A stretch of 62,011 nt of DNA, filler included, from Choristocarpus tenellus KU-1152 (Eukaryota; Protista; Phaeophyceae), in assembly GCA_964200185.2 (NCBI GenBank). It is 11 parts of 11 records of this genome, joined end to end, with 100 filler letters (N's around TTAATTAATTAA, not from the genome) between each part and the next. Parts side by side here need not be neighbours in the genome. Positions count along the whole stretch, not along the records: positions 34,235 to 41,037 come from CAXNAD020007312.1; positions 41,138 to 49,255 come from CAXNAD020005123.1; positions 49,356 to 52,497 come from CAXNAD020022018.1; 8 more parts are not named here. One strand, 5' to 3'. Below are positions 39,273-52,597 of the stretch, piece after piece. The number at the start of each line of letters is the position of its first letter. Within the stretch, counting starts at the first letter, position 1. Position numbers and translations under genes: made by a program. The notes below the pieces were generated by a model. It saw only the letters and a list, made by a program, of their open reading frames with translations. It was not told the DNA's origin and ran no database searches.

Positions 39273-41037
39273 GTGTGGAAGTAGAGTGTTGTCTTGCCTT
39301 TGGTGTTTCCCCTGTTTACCTAAGGAAAAGGGCAGAAGTTTTTTTTTTGTGTAGTGTGAAGATGTTCCCTTCCGAAAGACTTCAAAGAACGTGATTATCT
39401 GTTCCATCGTACTTGAGTAGTGGTTGGTTGCCGTTGTTTTATTTTCGCGCTGACAACGACCACCCCCCTCCTTGGCCTGTTTTGTGGGCTGATATTGTCG
39501 CCACTAGGTGGTTACTATGTTGTAAATGATGGAGATTTATCAAGGGGTGACTTTGTGAGTCCTGCAATGGAGTTGATTCAAGTAAAATATATATATATAT
39601 ATATATATATATTTCTCAATGGAATGTTTCAGTACATCTCCCCTCCCCATCGAAGATACATATTTCTTTTATTGTCCCTTGATGGAGTTTCTACTACCAT
39701 AGGCGTGTCATTTTTCGATTTTGCATATACCTGGGAAATATTCCGCCTGTGATTATATAGGCCAAACCCTAATTTCCTAACCTTCAGCAAGTACATGTTT
39801 GTTATAGCGACGTTGAGCTCTTAATATGGCATCAAGAGCACCCTCCTCCGCTCACGTGGATAGACCTTGCAATATTGTGCTGCTACAACCATGCCTATCC
39901 TGCAAGAGCAGTCTCTCTCCACCTTGAAATGGTGTCATTGCAACCCCTCAAATGATAGCACCAATTGGGATTCTGACTTCTCCACCACGGTGGCGTTGGT
40001 AGCACAAAGGTTTTTGATGAATGGTGTGGCGTGTTTCTCCGGCGTAAGACTCTGACCCTGGTTAGGCGGTTATCGATCATGATGTAAGTCCTTCTGTTCC
40101 GCTGTTCATTACCTAAGTGTGCATTTTCTTGGTGGCAAAAAACTGCAGCCACTAGTAGATGCTGCAATGGCCATCGAGGTAGGTAGTAAGCCTATGATCG
40201 ATAGGCTAGTGTTACCCATTCAGTTGGTAGCAGTTTCAAGAGTATTGTACTGGGGAAGGCGTTGCTCAAGAGGTCCTCAACGTACATCGATGCCTTGTGT
40301 GAAGGTACACCTTACTACGACAGTGTTTTTTGCCTGCAGTTGCACTTACTCCTCCTATACCACGAAGAGTTCTAACGTATGGTGAATGATCCTACTGCAC
40401 TCATGGGTGACGCAACCCTGAAAGAAAATCTGCACTCCTAACCCTAGCCCTAGCCCTTCCGACGCCCTCCGCTAGTTCTTGCGTGTGGTAATCCCAATAC
40501 CCACCTTCCAACTTCTTGCAGAGCCCCCTCAATGGTCGACACATTGGAGGTTTTGTATAGGCTCGCTCGCTGTCTTCAGGGCCTCGGTGACATGGCATGG
40601 ACAAAAAAAAATTAACAAAAAGAAAAAAATGATACTATGGCAGTCGCAATCGCTTCTTTCCAAACTCTTGGGAATGTGTAACTTCTGAGCAATGTATATA
40701 TATATATATATTTATATTTGGATCTTTAGAAGGCGTGCAAAACGATTGGGGGAGGGCCTGGACCACCAACACCTCCCTCAAGAATATGGTGACAAAACCC
40801 AACGATATTAAAAAAAACAACTATATTGTAAGCAAGTAAAATACGATACGATGTCTTCAGCGTACGCTATTGAGAAGAAGGAAAATAAACCAAGGCATGA
40901 ACAACACGATGTCACTCACTCTTTGTACTTTGTTGTGACTCTTCGGGGGAAAGTGATTTTGATCACTTTCCCCCGATCGATTTTTTTTTTTTGGCCTGTG
41001 TGTGGGATATAGGGAGGGGGCAGGGGCAGGGGCGGGG

Positions 41038-41137
41038 NNNNNNNNNNNNNNNNNNNNNNNNNNNNNNNNNNNNNNNNNNNNTTAATTAATTAANNNNNNN
41101 NNNNNNNNNNNNNNNNNNNNNNNNNNNNNNNNNNNNN
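41038..41137. other. Artificial contig linker
   Basis: N44-TTAATTAATTAA-N44. Confidence 0.97.
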
Positions 41138-44100
41138 GACTTGTACAGTTCAGACAGAAAGGCATGGTAGGAGAGGGAGACAAGGATATGGAAAAGAGGG
41201 AGGGGGTGGAGAAGATCGGGTGCGGGGACCCTTGAAGAACTTCAGGGCCAGCAGGACGAGCAAGGCGAGGGGCTCAGATACAGATGCCTCAAGTTCTGAT
41301 GGCAGTCACAATGGGGGTGACTTCACAGCTGAGGTGATGTTTAATACAGATAGGGGGTTGGAAGAAGGTAGGGAGATGTTGTTCCTCAAGTGTAAAGGCG
41401 TACAAGGAATATAGATGCTACACATTTGAGAGCTTGACTACTCACTATCGCTCTCAGCAAACTCTGATCTCTTGCTTGCAGACATTCTCCAACCTTAACC
41501 CTGCGTATGTTTCCATCTCAGGAAAGTATAACTGGTGAAAACGTAGACGACGACAGTGGTAGTGATGGAAATATCAGCCACTATAAATCCCGCAGTCGTC
41601 ACAACTCTAAGAGCAAGGGAAAAGGGGATCAGAGAGCCCGTAGCCAGGATGCAGGAGGACGTGGAAGAACTCAGCTGTCTGAACGGGATCATAGACGGAG
41701 TAATAGTGAAGGTGGAAGTCACCGTAGACAGAGGAACAGGGTTAGGGCAGGGGTTTGGCGTGGGAATCGCAATAAGGACAATGGAGGTGTGCACCAGAGA
41801 GGTAGTGGCCATAGGATCTGGAGAGTGGGAAGAAGACAAAACAATCAAGATATGGATTGGGAGTCCAGTTTTGGAGATTCTGAGTCACAGTCTGAAAGGT
41901 CTGACTCTGACCAGGAAAAAGACCAACGAAAGAGCCGTAAAGGAAAGAGGCAGAGGGACTCAGATTCAAGTGGGGGGAATGACATGAGGAAGGAGGTAGC
42001 AAAGACGGCAGGGGTTGGGGATAGGTGGGGGGGGCATGTGTGGCGAAGAGGGGGAAATATGAAGATGAGAGAAGATGCAGGTGGTGCTGAAGGACATGCA
42101 CAGGTGGAAGTAGTTGAAGTGGAGATGTCTTGTGGCTGGACATTGGTGAGCCCACCACCCTATACTCTGATCTCAGCACTACATCACACATACATTTTCC
42201 CCCTCACACACTTGCATTACGACCTTCTGTGGTTATATCATCAGTACGCCTTCAATATTAGTGATGTTGAAGGAGACCAGCTCCCACCGTACACAGTCAG
42301 CTTAGGACATTGCTATAGATTTGAGAGCCTCAAGATTGTTTGATTGTCCCACAACATGTTGTTGCATGAATGCGTGTATGGACTCCTCAGTGCATTTAGA
42401 AGCACGTTCTCCTCATCATTGTGGCCAATGTGATCATCTTCAACCCTCAAGACTCAAATGGTCATTAAATGGAAAATGTCTGTAAAGCTTTGTTGTATTT
42501 GGGTGACACGCCTAGGTTAATGTTACTTTGATGATATTGGTTAGTAGAACTTTTGTATTAGTCAAAATACACAGTAAAATACTCCAAGTTCTTCAGTACA
42601 ATCTAGCACTATTTTTCTGCGAATATACCCCAATTATCAACCCCTCCCTGGACAATGTTTTTGTTACATATCTTAATTTCCTGTTTTGAAAAACCTCAGG
42701 GAAACCACACAACAAACTCAATGCAGTGGTTATTGAGTCTTTTCACATTCATAGCTGTGTCCACATTTGTAATTCGAAAAAGATCGCATTGCCATGGGTG
42801 TATCTCAATAATTTACTTCTTCGTGCACCAGATTCCCTTCCTGGACTTGGTGAGTGCTCAGGAAGTCAGGAAGGAGCGCTACAAATTGTTAGGTGGCACA
42901 CCCTTCGCCAAGTTGGACATTAACCAGGCAAGATCATTGTAACTGAGGGAAGCAGTGAAAAAATTGTTCTCCACACTCAAGGGAACAAAGTCACATTTTA
43001 CTAGCTGTTTGTAATACACTTGGAGGGCAAGAGGAAGACACTAAGGAAAACTAATTTTTCCAGAGAGAGTGTGAAGGTTTGTAGGAGAAATGGACTTACA
43101 GTAGTAGTGTTTATTGATCAGACAGCATGCGTTTGGGAGAGTATCAATATTGGAGTCCCAACTACAACCAGGGAATACGAGTCATAGTTTTGCTGCTCAT
43201 TACCATGCCTTGTGACTGCAACCCTGCATACATCAACAAGGTGCTACTACTGTACACTGTCTGCAGCAAGAGTAACTTCGCAAGCAATTGCACCTCATAC
43301 TGACTGCCTTGTCTTCGGCAGGAGGAAGTAATGACTCGCAGATATGGATGGCGGGCAGTTCTCAAGGCCATGAAGATAGAAGGCATCAGCAAGGAGTCTG
43401 AGATTGAGATTAAGATCCTGCCGATCAAGACTCTCAGCAAGGCTAAGCAGGTTCCTGAATTCTATACCTATGCACTCTGAGTTCTCACCTCCCCCTTTTT
43501 AGCAGATCAAGAAATACACACAGCATACCTGTCCAACCAGTTTCCAACACTCCAACCCCCCTGCATGTGCTCCGATGTAACTCCAGCACAGGTAATCCTT
43601 GGTTTGAGATAGTATCCTGTCAGCTTACTTCTGAAACAGGAACAAGTTAATTACCCTCCATCACACACCCATCAGACCCTCTATTCAACAACCTTGTTGA
43701 TTTCCTTAGCCGACCTTGTCTCCCCACTGTGGCATCCTCCTCTACCTCACCCAGATCCTCCAACTCCAAATCCGCTCCTCCCTACTTCAACAGGAAGATA
43801 TTTTTCGCCTTCCACGGAATGTTGTCCTGTCTGATTCATGTGTGTCCCTGGTCCGGCGATACCGTGAGTATGCTGCCAATCATCTTGCCCGTAGGAGCAA
43901 CCCTCAAGCTACTGGGAGTGCTGGCTTTGGTCTGGGCTCCATATCATCTGAGCCAGTTCTTGCTCTCTTCCCACGCTTGGCAGCAGATCCTCCAATGATG
44001 ATGGTATGGAGTGCATGGACGTTGGAGGCATGTTTTTGTTTGGTGAAGGGGAAGGGTGCTACTTGTGCTGTCTCATATTGAGCAGGTAGGGTCGGTGGGG

Positions 44101-46234
44101 GACTAAAGTCTGCAACAGTATAACTATTCTAGTCATCGAACTTCAAAAGATTGGACCAGGTAGGGCACTACAAGACTGAGATATCAATACTTCAAGAATA
44201 GAAAAATGATATATTTTTCATACCAACGTTACATAGCAGTTATTCACATGGAGGAGTATATGGCACACAGGTGCCCAAGTTTTTAAGTGTAGCACCGCTC
44301 AATTGTAATATTCTAACCCTAATCCTAACCCTACTAATAAACAAAAAATACAAACAGAATATGTTGGACCATGGCAAACATGTATGGGGTGCCCCCATAA
44401 ACCTAGGCACCTGTGTTCAAGTAAACCTCTCACCTGTTACATTGCGATACAAATGTCAATACTAGTGTTGTGGAGAGAAAAAATCCGGTTACACTTATAT
44501 TGGCTATCATTTTTTTCACAACTAATCCAATTGAACAACCGGCACACAAGGTGATGCACGCAAGACATACACAGGTTGCTGAGGGGCACGTGGTGTTGCG
44601 AGGAACATATCCAAAGTCTGTATAGTTCTCAGCAGGAAGATCCGAAGCCATGAACAGTGAAATGTATAAGGGAGTTGGTAGTGATACACTTGTGACGAAT
44701 ATCTGGCTCTGTAACCACTGACACGTTCAGTAGGCACACTTCTGTTTTTGTTGTGAAAGAGAAAAAAACAATCGAATAACCATGTAACTATATATTTTTT
44801 TTGTGTCGCAGTTACTTGGTTATTCCAATTAATGGAACTCAAGAGAGTAGAACTGTCGCAACTCACAACACTAATGACTAGGTTTAATCTTTTGGAATAA
44901 CTGATTGAGCTCATGGGTAACAGAGAAAAAGACGGCAACCTATGATGGTGTAGGAAGTCCATTCAAATCGGTCAATCCTAGCACCAACTACGGTTTACAT
45001 TGATTGAATCTTCTGCACACTGCATTCCATTGTTGACTGTTGTTGACCTTTGACAAACAAATATATCCACCATCCCATCTTGTCGTGCTAGGTAACACAA
45101 TTGTACTCTTGTTTCACATGTCAAACCAATAACCACCAATGCCTCTGGAACTTCAGGCATTGAAGAATCAGTGGGAGGTGGAAGTCCGACGAAGTGGCAG
45201 TGGAGGTATGAGTGCTGTGGGGCAGGGACTAGGGGAAACTCTCGTTGCCAGCCTTGCCTCAGCCGGCATAGGCATAGGAGACAGCTCAGGGGAAGAGAGG
45301 ACAAGATCGAATCTTCTCTTGGCCTTTGAGAGGGCAGTAATGCAAATGTGGCCGGCACACTGCCATATTGACAGCCAAAAGATTGGTGGGGAAGGAAAAA
45401 CCGGTGAGGGACTCAAGGGAGGATGACCAGTGAAATATTGGTGCAACGCCATAGTGGGAAATACACCATGTATTTTCTCCATCAACACTGTTATACCAGA
45501 GCTCTAAGTTACTGATCCGATGGATGGATACAATATTTGGATTGTCCTGGAAGGGGTCTGGCCACTCTCTGTCTGGCAGTTAGTTGCCTCATAAACATCC
45601 TGGAAAAAGCGGGAACTAGACTCATTGTACTAGACTTGTCGAAGGAGTTAGAAGCTGGCAACCAAAGCTTTTTCTTCTGAAGGTTGATAAACTTTTCTGA
45701 GTGTAAGGCTCTAGCACAAAGTGGTGTCAACACAACATCAAAACTCAATCTTACCCCAGTCCGCTAACCACCCTCACCATCCACCAAAATTTGTCCTGGT
45801 ACACCATCGAAGTTTCTCTTATCTTCAGTACTTTCTATTGTTCATCTTGAAAGCCCATGAGTGCCTATATCTGGCCACTCTATCTCTCTTCACCAACATT
45901 TATATATCACACTCCGGAATCAATTTTCCTATCTGATTCTGCCACTTTGAAAGTTTGATTCTCCCTCCTCTAACCCTAACCCTGACCCGAACCCATAACC
46001 CTCAACTTCTCACCGGATGAACACATAATGTTTTTTGGGGGGGGCATTTCATGCTCTGGTCTGACTACAGAGTCATACGAGGAACGGGAACAGCGATCAC
46101 AAAGGATACGCCAAATCTTGAACTCCACTGACTCTTTTCGGAGTGAGACGCCAACAAACTCTACAGCGGGTAGAGGGCTTGCGGAGAATGGCGTTTTTGT
46201 TGCTTTCACTTCGAAGGAGGTATGTACTGAGTAA
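41138..46234 (+). CDS. NPHP1: Nephrocystin-1-like protein, C-terminal region
   Basis: Exons ~41138-41333, 41522-42145, 42832-42927 (GC donor), 43322-43450, 43794-44003, 45157-45403, 46071-46234. Ordered motifs EMSCGW, L.GGTPF, LP...YR, P.LA.FP.L..P..M.AL..W match the nephrocystin homology domain. Confidence 0.72.
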
Positions 46235-49200
46235 GACTGAAGAGGTGTCTAGGGGAGATTTCCAAAAGGTATTCTTGCTCCTACGGGGGAGGAGAAGATG
46301 TTGATAAGGGCAATTTCCACACATACAACCACTTGAATATGCTCACACTGTCAATCAATCGGCACACTACCATTCATGGTGATTCATGTCATGAATCAGA
46401 GATGCTCGAGTCTTGTTTGCCCACAACTGTAGATCATGTTTGCATGAGTTGACACGATGCTACATGTGGCACAAATAGTCCGTGCAGTGTCATGGGGTTC
46501 GAACAAGTCTTCAGAGTCCTTAAAAAAAATAGATGATTTATACACAGGTTCATTTAACAGGTGGTTGTGTGGCAGAAGCGATCTACACGTTGTCGTAGAC
46601 GCACGATCAGCACCCATGTTGTACCAATCAATGTGCAAGAATGTGGGACTTTAGTGCAAGGTAGAAGGGAAGTACACCAATCAAGAAGAGTTGTGCAGCT
46701 ACTTTTACCAACATTGTTCATGATGAACTGTTTTTAGGGAGTTTTCACACTTGCTCATTTATACTCCTTCACGGCTCATTATCGTTGGGATTTCAATGGT
46801 TAACGCACACACAGACAGGCATCCCTAACCCACTGAGTTGTGACATGCATATTTGATGAGCGGGTGACTTGCATGTGATCTTGTCGAGTGGCAACTTACT
46901 ACTTAGCAAGCAACCCTCTGCAATACTTTAATGCATGACCATATTTCATGCTCCTGTACAACAGAAAATGACTCACAATGCTAAAAATAACTATTTTCTT
47001 GCTGCTGCCGTGTCAAGCACCATTCGGAACACTTTTACTGCACGCATCTTTAGTAGTAAGGAAGATCACCTCTCAAAACCCATACTCAACTACCCTGATG
47101 ATATGACATACCTAGAATGACCACAACAATCCTGGCACCTAAAGGCTTTGGCCTTTACACACAAAGCAGAAAAAGCGGTTTATGCTTGTAACCAATTTAA
47201 CTTTACCAATCCCCCCATAATCTTCCTTTCCAGGTGGCAGTTGATGTGTTGTGACACACCAGGCAGAAGTAGTAGATAATCCATCAAATCAAATACTAGT
47301 GTGAGGTTGTTGCAGGCATTGTATCACCACATACAACGAGGAGGTGCTTTTTGGGCTTCCCTGCCAGATTGAATCTTTTCCGTGATGGAGAGAGGACGGT
47401 TACATGATTCCCTGGAATCTTTGAAGAGGAGGAATGGTGGGAGTACCAGGCCCTGAAGATATGGAAAAAACAGGTTCCAAAAGTGGATGGCATCATGCTC
47501 GCAACGCCAAGTATCTAATTTGTACACTGAGTCAAATCTACACTGCCCACTCAGAATCTACTTGTAGATATGCAGGGTCCAAACAAAATCTGCTAGTACA
47601 TTTGTAGGGAATGCCTATCTGAAAGAGATTATTTGAGGGGTCTTTTCCACCAAACGAGCCAGTGTGTGGGGTGGTGATGAATCAATTATTTTCTCAAACG
47701 TTGGCCAGATGCCACCCTTGAACATATGCGAACACCTTCACCCATGTTGTGTGGCGTCTAGAGAAGTTTTGCCAGCTTGCAGCCTACAAATCCCTACACA
47801 ATAGTATCGTTTTTAGGTTTTGTATTGTGATGATGGAATGTGATGATTTGTACAGGCGCTAACTCTACCTCCAAAATACCTTTTTTTGGCCTCTTACAGA
47901 TTGACTGGTACAAAATTTTACCCTCTTTGGAAATTGATGTTTTACACTGCCACCATCAGATATGAACTGATTAGATTTGCACAATCCGATAATGTAAAAA
48001 AAAAAAATGCTCTAAATTGCATTCAAAGGCTTTTGCATGCTCACAGTGTACCACCTACCACATATCAAAGATGACTCCCCAACTAGAATGGCAAGGGTTC
48101 ATGCGACAGCTAACATGCAAGGACTACCAGCCCAAACATTAGATTTTCCTTGGGGCATACTAAGTCCAAGAACTGCATGGACTCATACTCTCCCGAGGAA
48201 CACAAACACTTCATATAGTTCTTCAAAAAACTACATGTGTTTGTAGTCAGTCTGAGTGTAGGGTCTAATACTGAGACGGCAATAGTGAAAGTAGGTCTTG
48301 TACTTGAAACAGCTAGCAACAATGAGCAGACAAATGAACCAAGCATGTAATGCAACACATGGGTGGGTGCACAATATCAAAGGCGACTAGAACATAATAA
48401 GCGGCAAAGCTTTCCCCCCCCTTGTCTTCTATCAAAGAAATACATCATTTTAAATCACAATCAAAAGGGAAGTATTTCGACAGTTCTCCCAAAACCTCTG
48501 CATTTTTTCTTTTCAGATAGATGCACCAAGTTTATTCAAGGATCGTTTCATGTACTGTACTGTAATCCCCAAGAAATGTCATTATCATCTACCGCCAAGG
48601 TGTGTGTATATATATAAATGGTGATAGGTCACGAGGAGCGATGGGCAATAGTATGCATTCATATATTCTATGCTAGAGCCTAGCATATTCATTTCAATGT
48701 ACAACCGAAAATGACGGCCTCTGAATTGGCTGGCACAATGCACAATGGAATAGGCTGAATGCCACACCTCTTTTTTCGTTTTTCGGGTTGACTTCTTTTG
48801 TAAGGACATGGAGCAGTAAGAGTCACAACAAAAGAAAAGGGGGTCTGCTTCTGTCTGACCCTGTTGTGCTCATGATTGATCATCACAAAACGGAAACCAA
48901 ACACGAAAGAGCAATCACAACACATCGTCATCGTCAGTAGTAGTCCAAAACACAGAAAACTACTGTGCTCATTCACAAAAACGAATAAATACCCTTTTTT
49001 GGTGTGTATGTGATGATTAATGTCTTTACATAGTTGGCATACAATACTTGCAGACGTGAGATGAGCTACTCCTATCATCTCTTATGCTTGTCCCACTCCA
49101 TACAAGTAGATACACAAGGTAGACAGTCACTGGCAGCACACCATTAAACTCCTCTTGCACGGGAATCTTCCGTCTCCCCCCACCTAGCCTACATTGGCCT

Positions 49201-49255
49201 ACTTTCCCCTCAAGGGAGCAGACAATCCCCCCCCCCCCACCTAGAGCACTATTAT

Positions 49256-49355
49256 NNNNNNNNNNNNNNNNNNNNNNNNNNNNNNNNNNNNNNNNNNNNT
49301 TAATTAATTAANNNNNNNNNNNNNNNNNNNNNNNNNNNNNNNNNNNNNNNNNNNN
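49256..49355. other. Artificial contig linker
   Basis: N44-TTAATTAATTAA-N44. Confidence 0.97.
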
Positions 49356-49459
49356 ATCCGGATGTACTATCTCATTAGTTACATCCCATGGATTCAATTC
49401 AACACAATAATCTCATATACACAATAGAAGGTACACTTCACTATTGTCCTATTTTGCAC

Positions 49460-49898
49460 AGGCTTCCTACAGGTTGTTATTGACATTTTACCAACTCCAA
49501 AATATTTCGGAGTAGGTAAAATGAGTGAAAGTATCTTAGAGGGTACGAGTTTCGCCCTGTTTGTACGTTTGGAACTTGGCTTCCCATGGGGTTTTTTATG
49601 ACATTTTCCTACTCTGAAATATTTCGGAGTAGTTCAGAATAAGAATATTGATATTTCGTAACAAACACGATTGCCAAAATTAAACCAAAATCGCAGCATT
49701 GGATTTTGGTCCCCAAACGGACGTTGCGCTACCCTCTAAGATAATTTGACTCAAATATATACGTTATGAAAAGGTGTGTCCAGAACAAGGATATTGACAT
49801 CTCCTAACAAACATGATAGTCAAAATTACATCAAAATTGTAACAATGGATTTTGGCCTCCAAATGGACGCAACTCTACCCTCTACGATACTTTGACTC
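49460..49898 (+). mobile_element. Older MITE family A copy interrupted by a nested family A copy
   Basis: Removing 49523-49752 plus one AAAT restores AGGTAAAAT-ATATACGTTATG as in copy 15254; right TIR ends at 49898. Confidence 0.8.
49523..49752 (+). mobile_element. MITE family A, nested copy
   Basis: TIRs and 4-bp TSD AAAT/AAAT. Confidence 0.88.
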
Positions 49899-50500
49899 AA
49901 TACCCTAACCCTTTCCCCATCAGCCATCACGTAAAGCCAGGTTTCATCCACGTGGATCGTGTTTGCCATGGAGGCGTACACACCACGTTTCCGGCCTGCT
50001 TGATCGCAAACAAAGTTAATTCTCCATACATTTTGCCACGATTTAAGCTTGGGTTTGATCCAGCAGCGATTCGGCATGGCCTCCATATCATCCAACCACC
50101 TGTTTATGGTGCTTATGCTATAATTCAGCCCCTCGGCGGCCCATCTTCATTGTCACCTGACGCACTGCAGATGACTGATTATTGGAGTTGATACCATGTA
50201 TTGCGGACATCTTGGTCGGTGTGAGCTCTGAAGACCGCCTACTACGTGCTGCCACCCCTGAGTCATGTGTGTGGCTACAGGTGAGCTGATCGGCGACGTC
50301 CTCGCAGAACCCTCACATGTAACGCTGGGACACTCCAACTCTGCTGTGAGGGCCGGCCCAATGTGTCGCGGCAGTTTATGCTCACCAGAAACCATCGCGA
50401 GGGCGTGCCGCACTGCAAGCATAACCCTGATATTCAGGGACACTTGGGCACCCTTCCCACGTGGGGGGGTCGACCGGGGGCTTGCCAGGCCGACGTTCTG
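49899..50500 (-). pseudogene. Mariner transposase N-terminal remnant (second subfamily), truncated at a MITE
   Basis: RCWIKPKLK..RINFV..NTIHVDETWLYV parallels RWIKP..RVGF..HVDEKW of the other copies. Confidence 0.7.
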
Positions 50501-50894
50501 ACCCTCGATGTGCCCAGTTCTGGCCTCAAAATCACCCTAACCCTACTTTGACGACTTGAAGCACCTCGAGTTTGTACCTGATTATCCTTGACCCCCACCT
50601 TTTCTGAAAGCTGAGATTGTCAACCCGATTTCGTTTTGTGGGGTTATCATCCGATTCGGCGCTATTCTTGCTTAGTATCAAGGTCAGATGTTTTGCGGCA
50701 CTAACGTATTGCACAAAGATAGTACATATATATTAAATTATTCGAAACACATTAATCAGGAACTAAAACGCTTATTATAACCTTGAAAGTTCGGATTTTT
50801 TTTTTCGGTCATGAGTGGTGTGTAAGAGAGATAATCTCATCGTTGTAACTAACCTAGTGATTGCCAAATAAATACTACTGTATAAAGTAGGTAA

Positions 50895-51970
50895 GTCTTG
50901 TCAGAATTACCCCTAAAAAGTAGCAGTTCTTGTAAATGTGAAAGACACACATTTATTTATTGTTTTGGTACCACCAACCATGCTACATTGCCGCCTTCCT
51001 GTGCCTCCAACCAAGCTTAGTTCTACACCCCAGTGTGAGGAGCTAGGGAAGCATCCCAAGAATCTAACAAGACCCTCCTTGCCCATCTCCCTGATGTCTC
51101 CAGCTTAAAACGCATGACACGTCTAGATAGGGCTACATGTGTTGTGACAGACACACTATCTGCCGTAGACGGGATTTGACGGCCCCTTTCCTGCTGTAGC
51201 CTCCTGTCCCTCTCCCCCCTACCATGTATGTAGCTAACTCATCCAGAAAACTTTCCATTTGGTTACCAAGGTGCCCAAAACTTTCCATTGTGAAAGTCTT
51301 GAGGTTTTAACTATAATATATATTATGTGGAAGTGTCAAGGCGCCAAAGCTCTCTGCACCAAGGGGGCAATCACAAACGCCAGACTGAACTCTTCCACTT
51401 CAGAGGGTGAGACCGAGTTTCACAGGTCTTGGTCCAACATCTGAGATCAGTTGAGGAAATCCAGAACTGAACAAAAACCTGAAAATACAACAGAGAAGTG
51501 GATCGATCAGAATCGGAATGGATCTTCGTTCTGACAGTCCTTTTGATTTTTTGGTCAAATAAGGATCTTATGGGTGTGGTTGGTTTTATGAACTGGTCGG
51601 TATGGATGAGTTCCAATGACGTGGTTGGAGCGCGCAAATGTTTATGACCACGCGTCATATCCACAAAAGTGTGTGTGTCGGAAATCCCAAAAAAGGAATC
51701 TGTCCGTGACAATTATATTTTTATTACTATGCCCTCTGACATTTTGCAGATGTGTCAGGGGGAAACCAATGAAAACTATATACATATGTGTATATAAAAT
51801 GTCCTAAACATAAGAATACTCTAAGGCATTGCGTGGCTTATTATATTATTATACCCTCTGACATTTTGCAGATGTATTTGGGGAAAAACCAATGAAAACC
51901 ATTCAAATGTCAGAATAACCCCCAAAAAGTAACTGTTCTCGTTAGCGTGAAAGACATTCATTTATTTATA
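50895..51970 (-). repeat. Cluster of dispersed-repeat fragments
   Basis: 50897-50960 duplicated at 51908-51970; 51725-51780 and 51845-51900 match 8042-8090; 51030-51075 matches 11831-11875. Confidence 0.6.
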
Positions 51971-52009
51971 TATTATGAGAAATACTTGTGGAAAGCAGGG
52001 TTGTCTGTT

Positions 52010-52398
52010 GATATACCGTTATTTCCGTATGCAATATACCGTTATACCGATTGAGATTCCTTGACAGGAATCCCGGATTCCAGTGGAGGATCTTTCGTGA
52101 AACCGAAGAGCCAAATTATCTTAGAGGGTAGAGCCGCGTCTATTTGGGGGTCACAATCCAATGTTGCGATTTTGATGTAATTTTGGCTACGTGTTTGTTA
52201 GGAAGTGTCGATATCCTTGTTCTGGGCACACCTTTTCATAACGTACACATTTCACCTGCTCCGAAATATTTCGGAGTAGGAAAATGTCATTTAAACAACT
52301 GTGGGAAGTCAATCCCGAAACGGACAAACAGGGCAAAACTCGTACCCTCTAAGATACTTTCACTCGGAATGGTCTCTTGAAGAGATTCCATGGATTCA
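52010..52398 (+). repeat. Dispersed repeat hosting a MITE; inverted relative at ~54420-54550
   Basis: TTCCTTGACAGGAATCCCGGATTCCAGTGGAGGATCTTTC approximately equals the reverse complement of GAAAGATCCTCCACCAAAATCCAGGATTCCTGACAAGGAA. Confidence 0.65.
52108..52365 (-). mobile_element. MITE family A
   Basis: TIRs; flanks CGAA/GGAA (4-bp TSD with one mismatch). Confidence 0.85.
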
Positions 52399-52497
52399 GA
52401 GTGGAAGTATCTTCTTAGAGGGTACGAGTTTTGCCCTGTTTGTCCATTTGGGGCTTGGCTTCCCATGTTTTTTTTAATGACATTTTCCTACTCCAAA
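52399..52497 (+). mobile_element. MITE family A, cut by contig end
   Basis: GAGTGGAAGTATCTTCTTAGAGGGTACGAG start. Confidence 0.8.
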
Positions 52498-52597
52498 NNN
52501 NNNNNNNNNNNNNNNNNNNNNNNNNNNNNNNNNNNNNNNNNTTAATTAATTAANNNNNNNNNNNNNNNNNNNNNNNNNNNNNNNNNNNNNNNNNNNN
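52498..52597. other. Artificial contig linker
   Basis: N44-TTAATTAATTAA-N44. Confidence 0.97.

Noticed and set aside
12537-46234. Ciliary cluster (NPHP3-like, kinesin, NPHP1-like)
   Set aside because: Genes lie on different contigs separated by artificial linkers; NPHP3 orthology is not established
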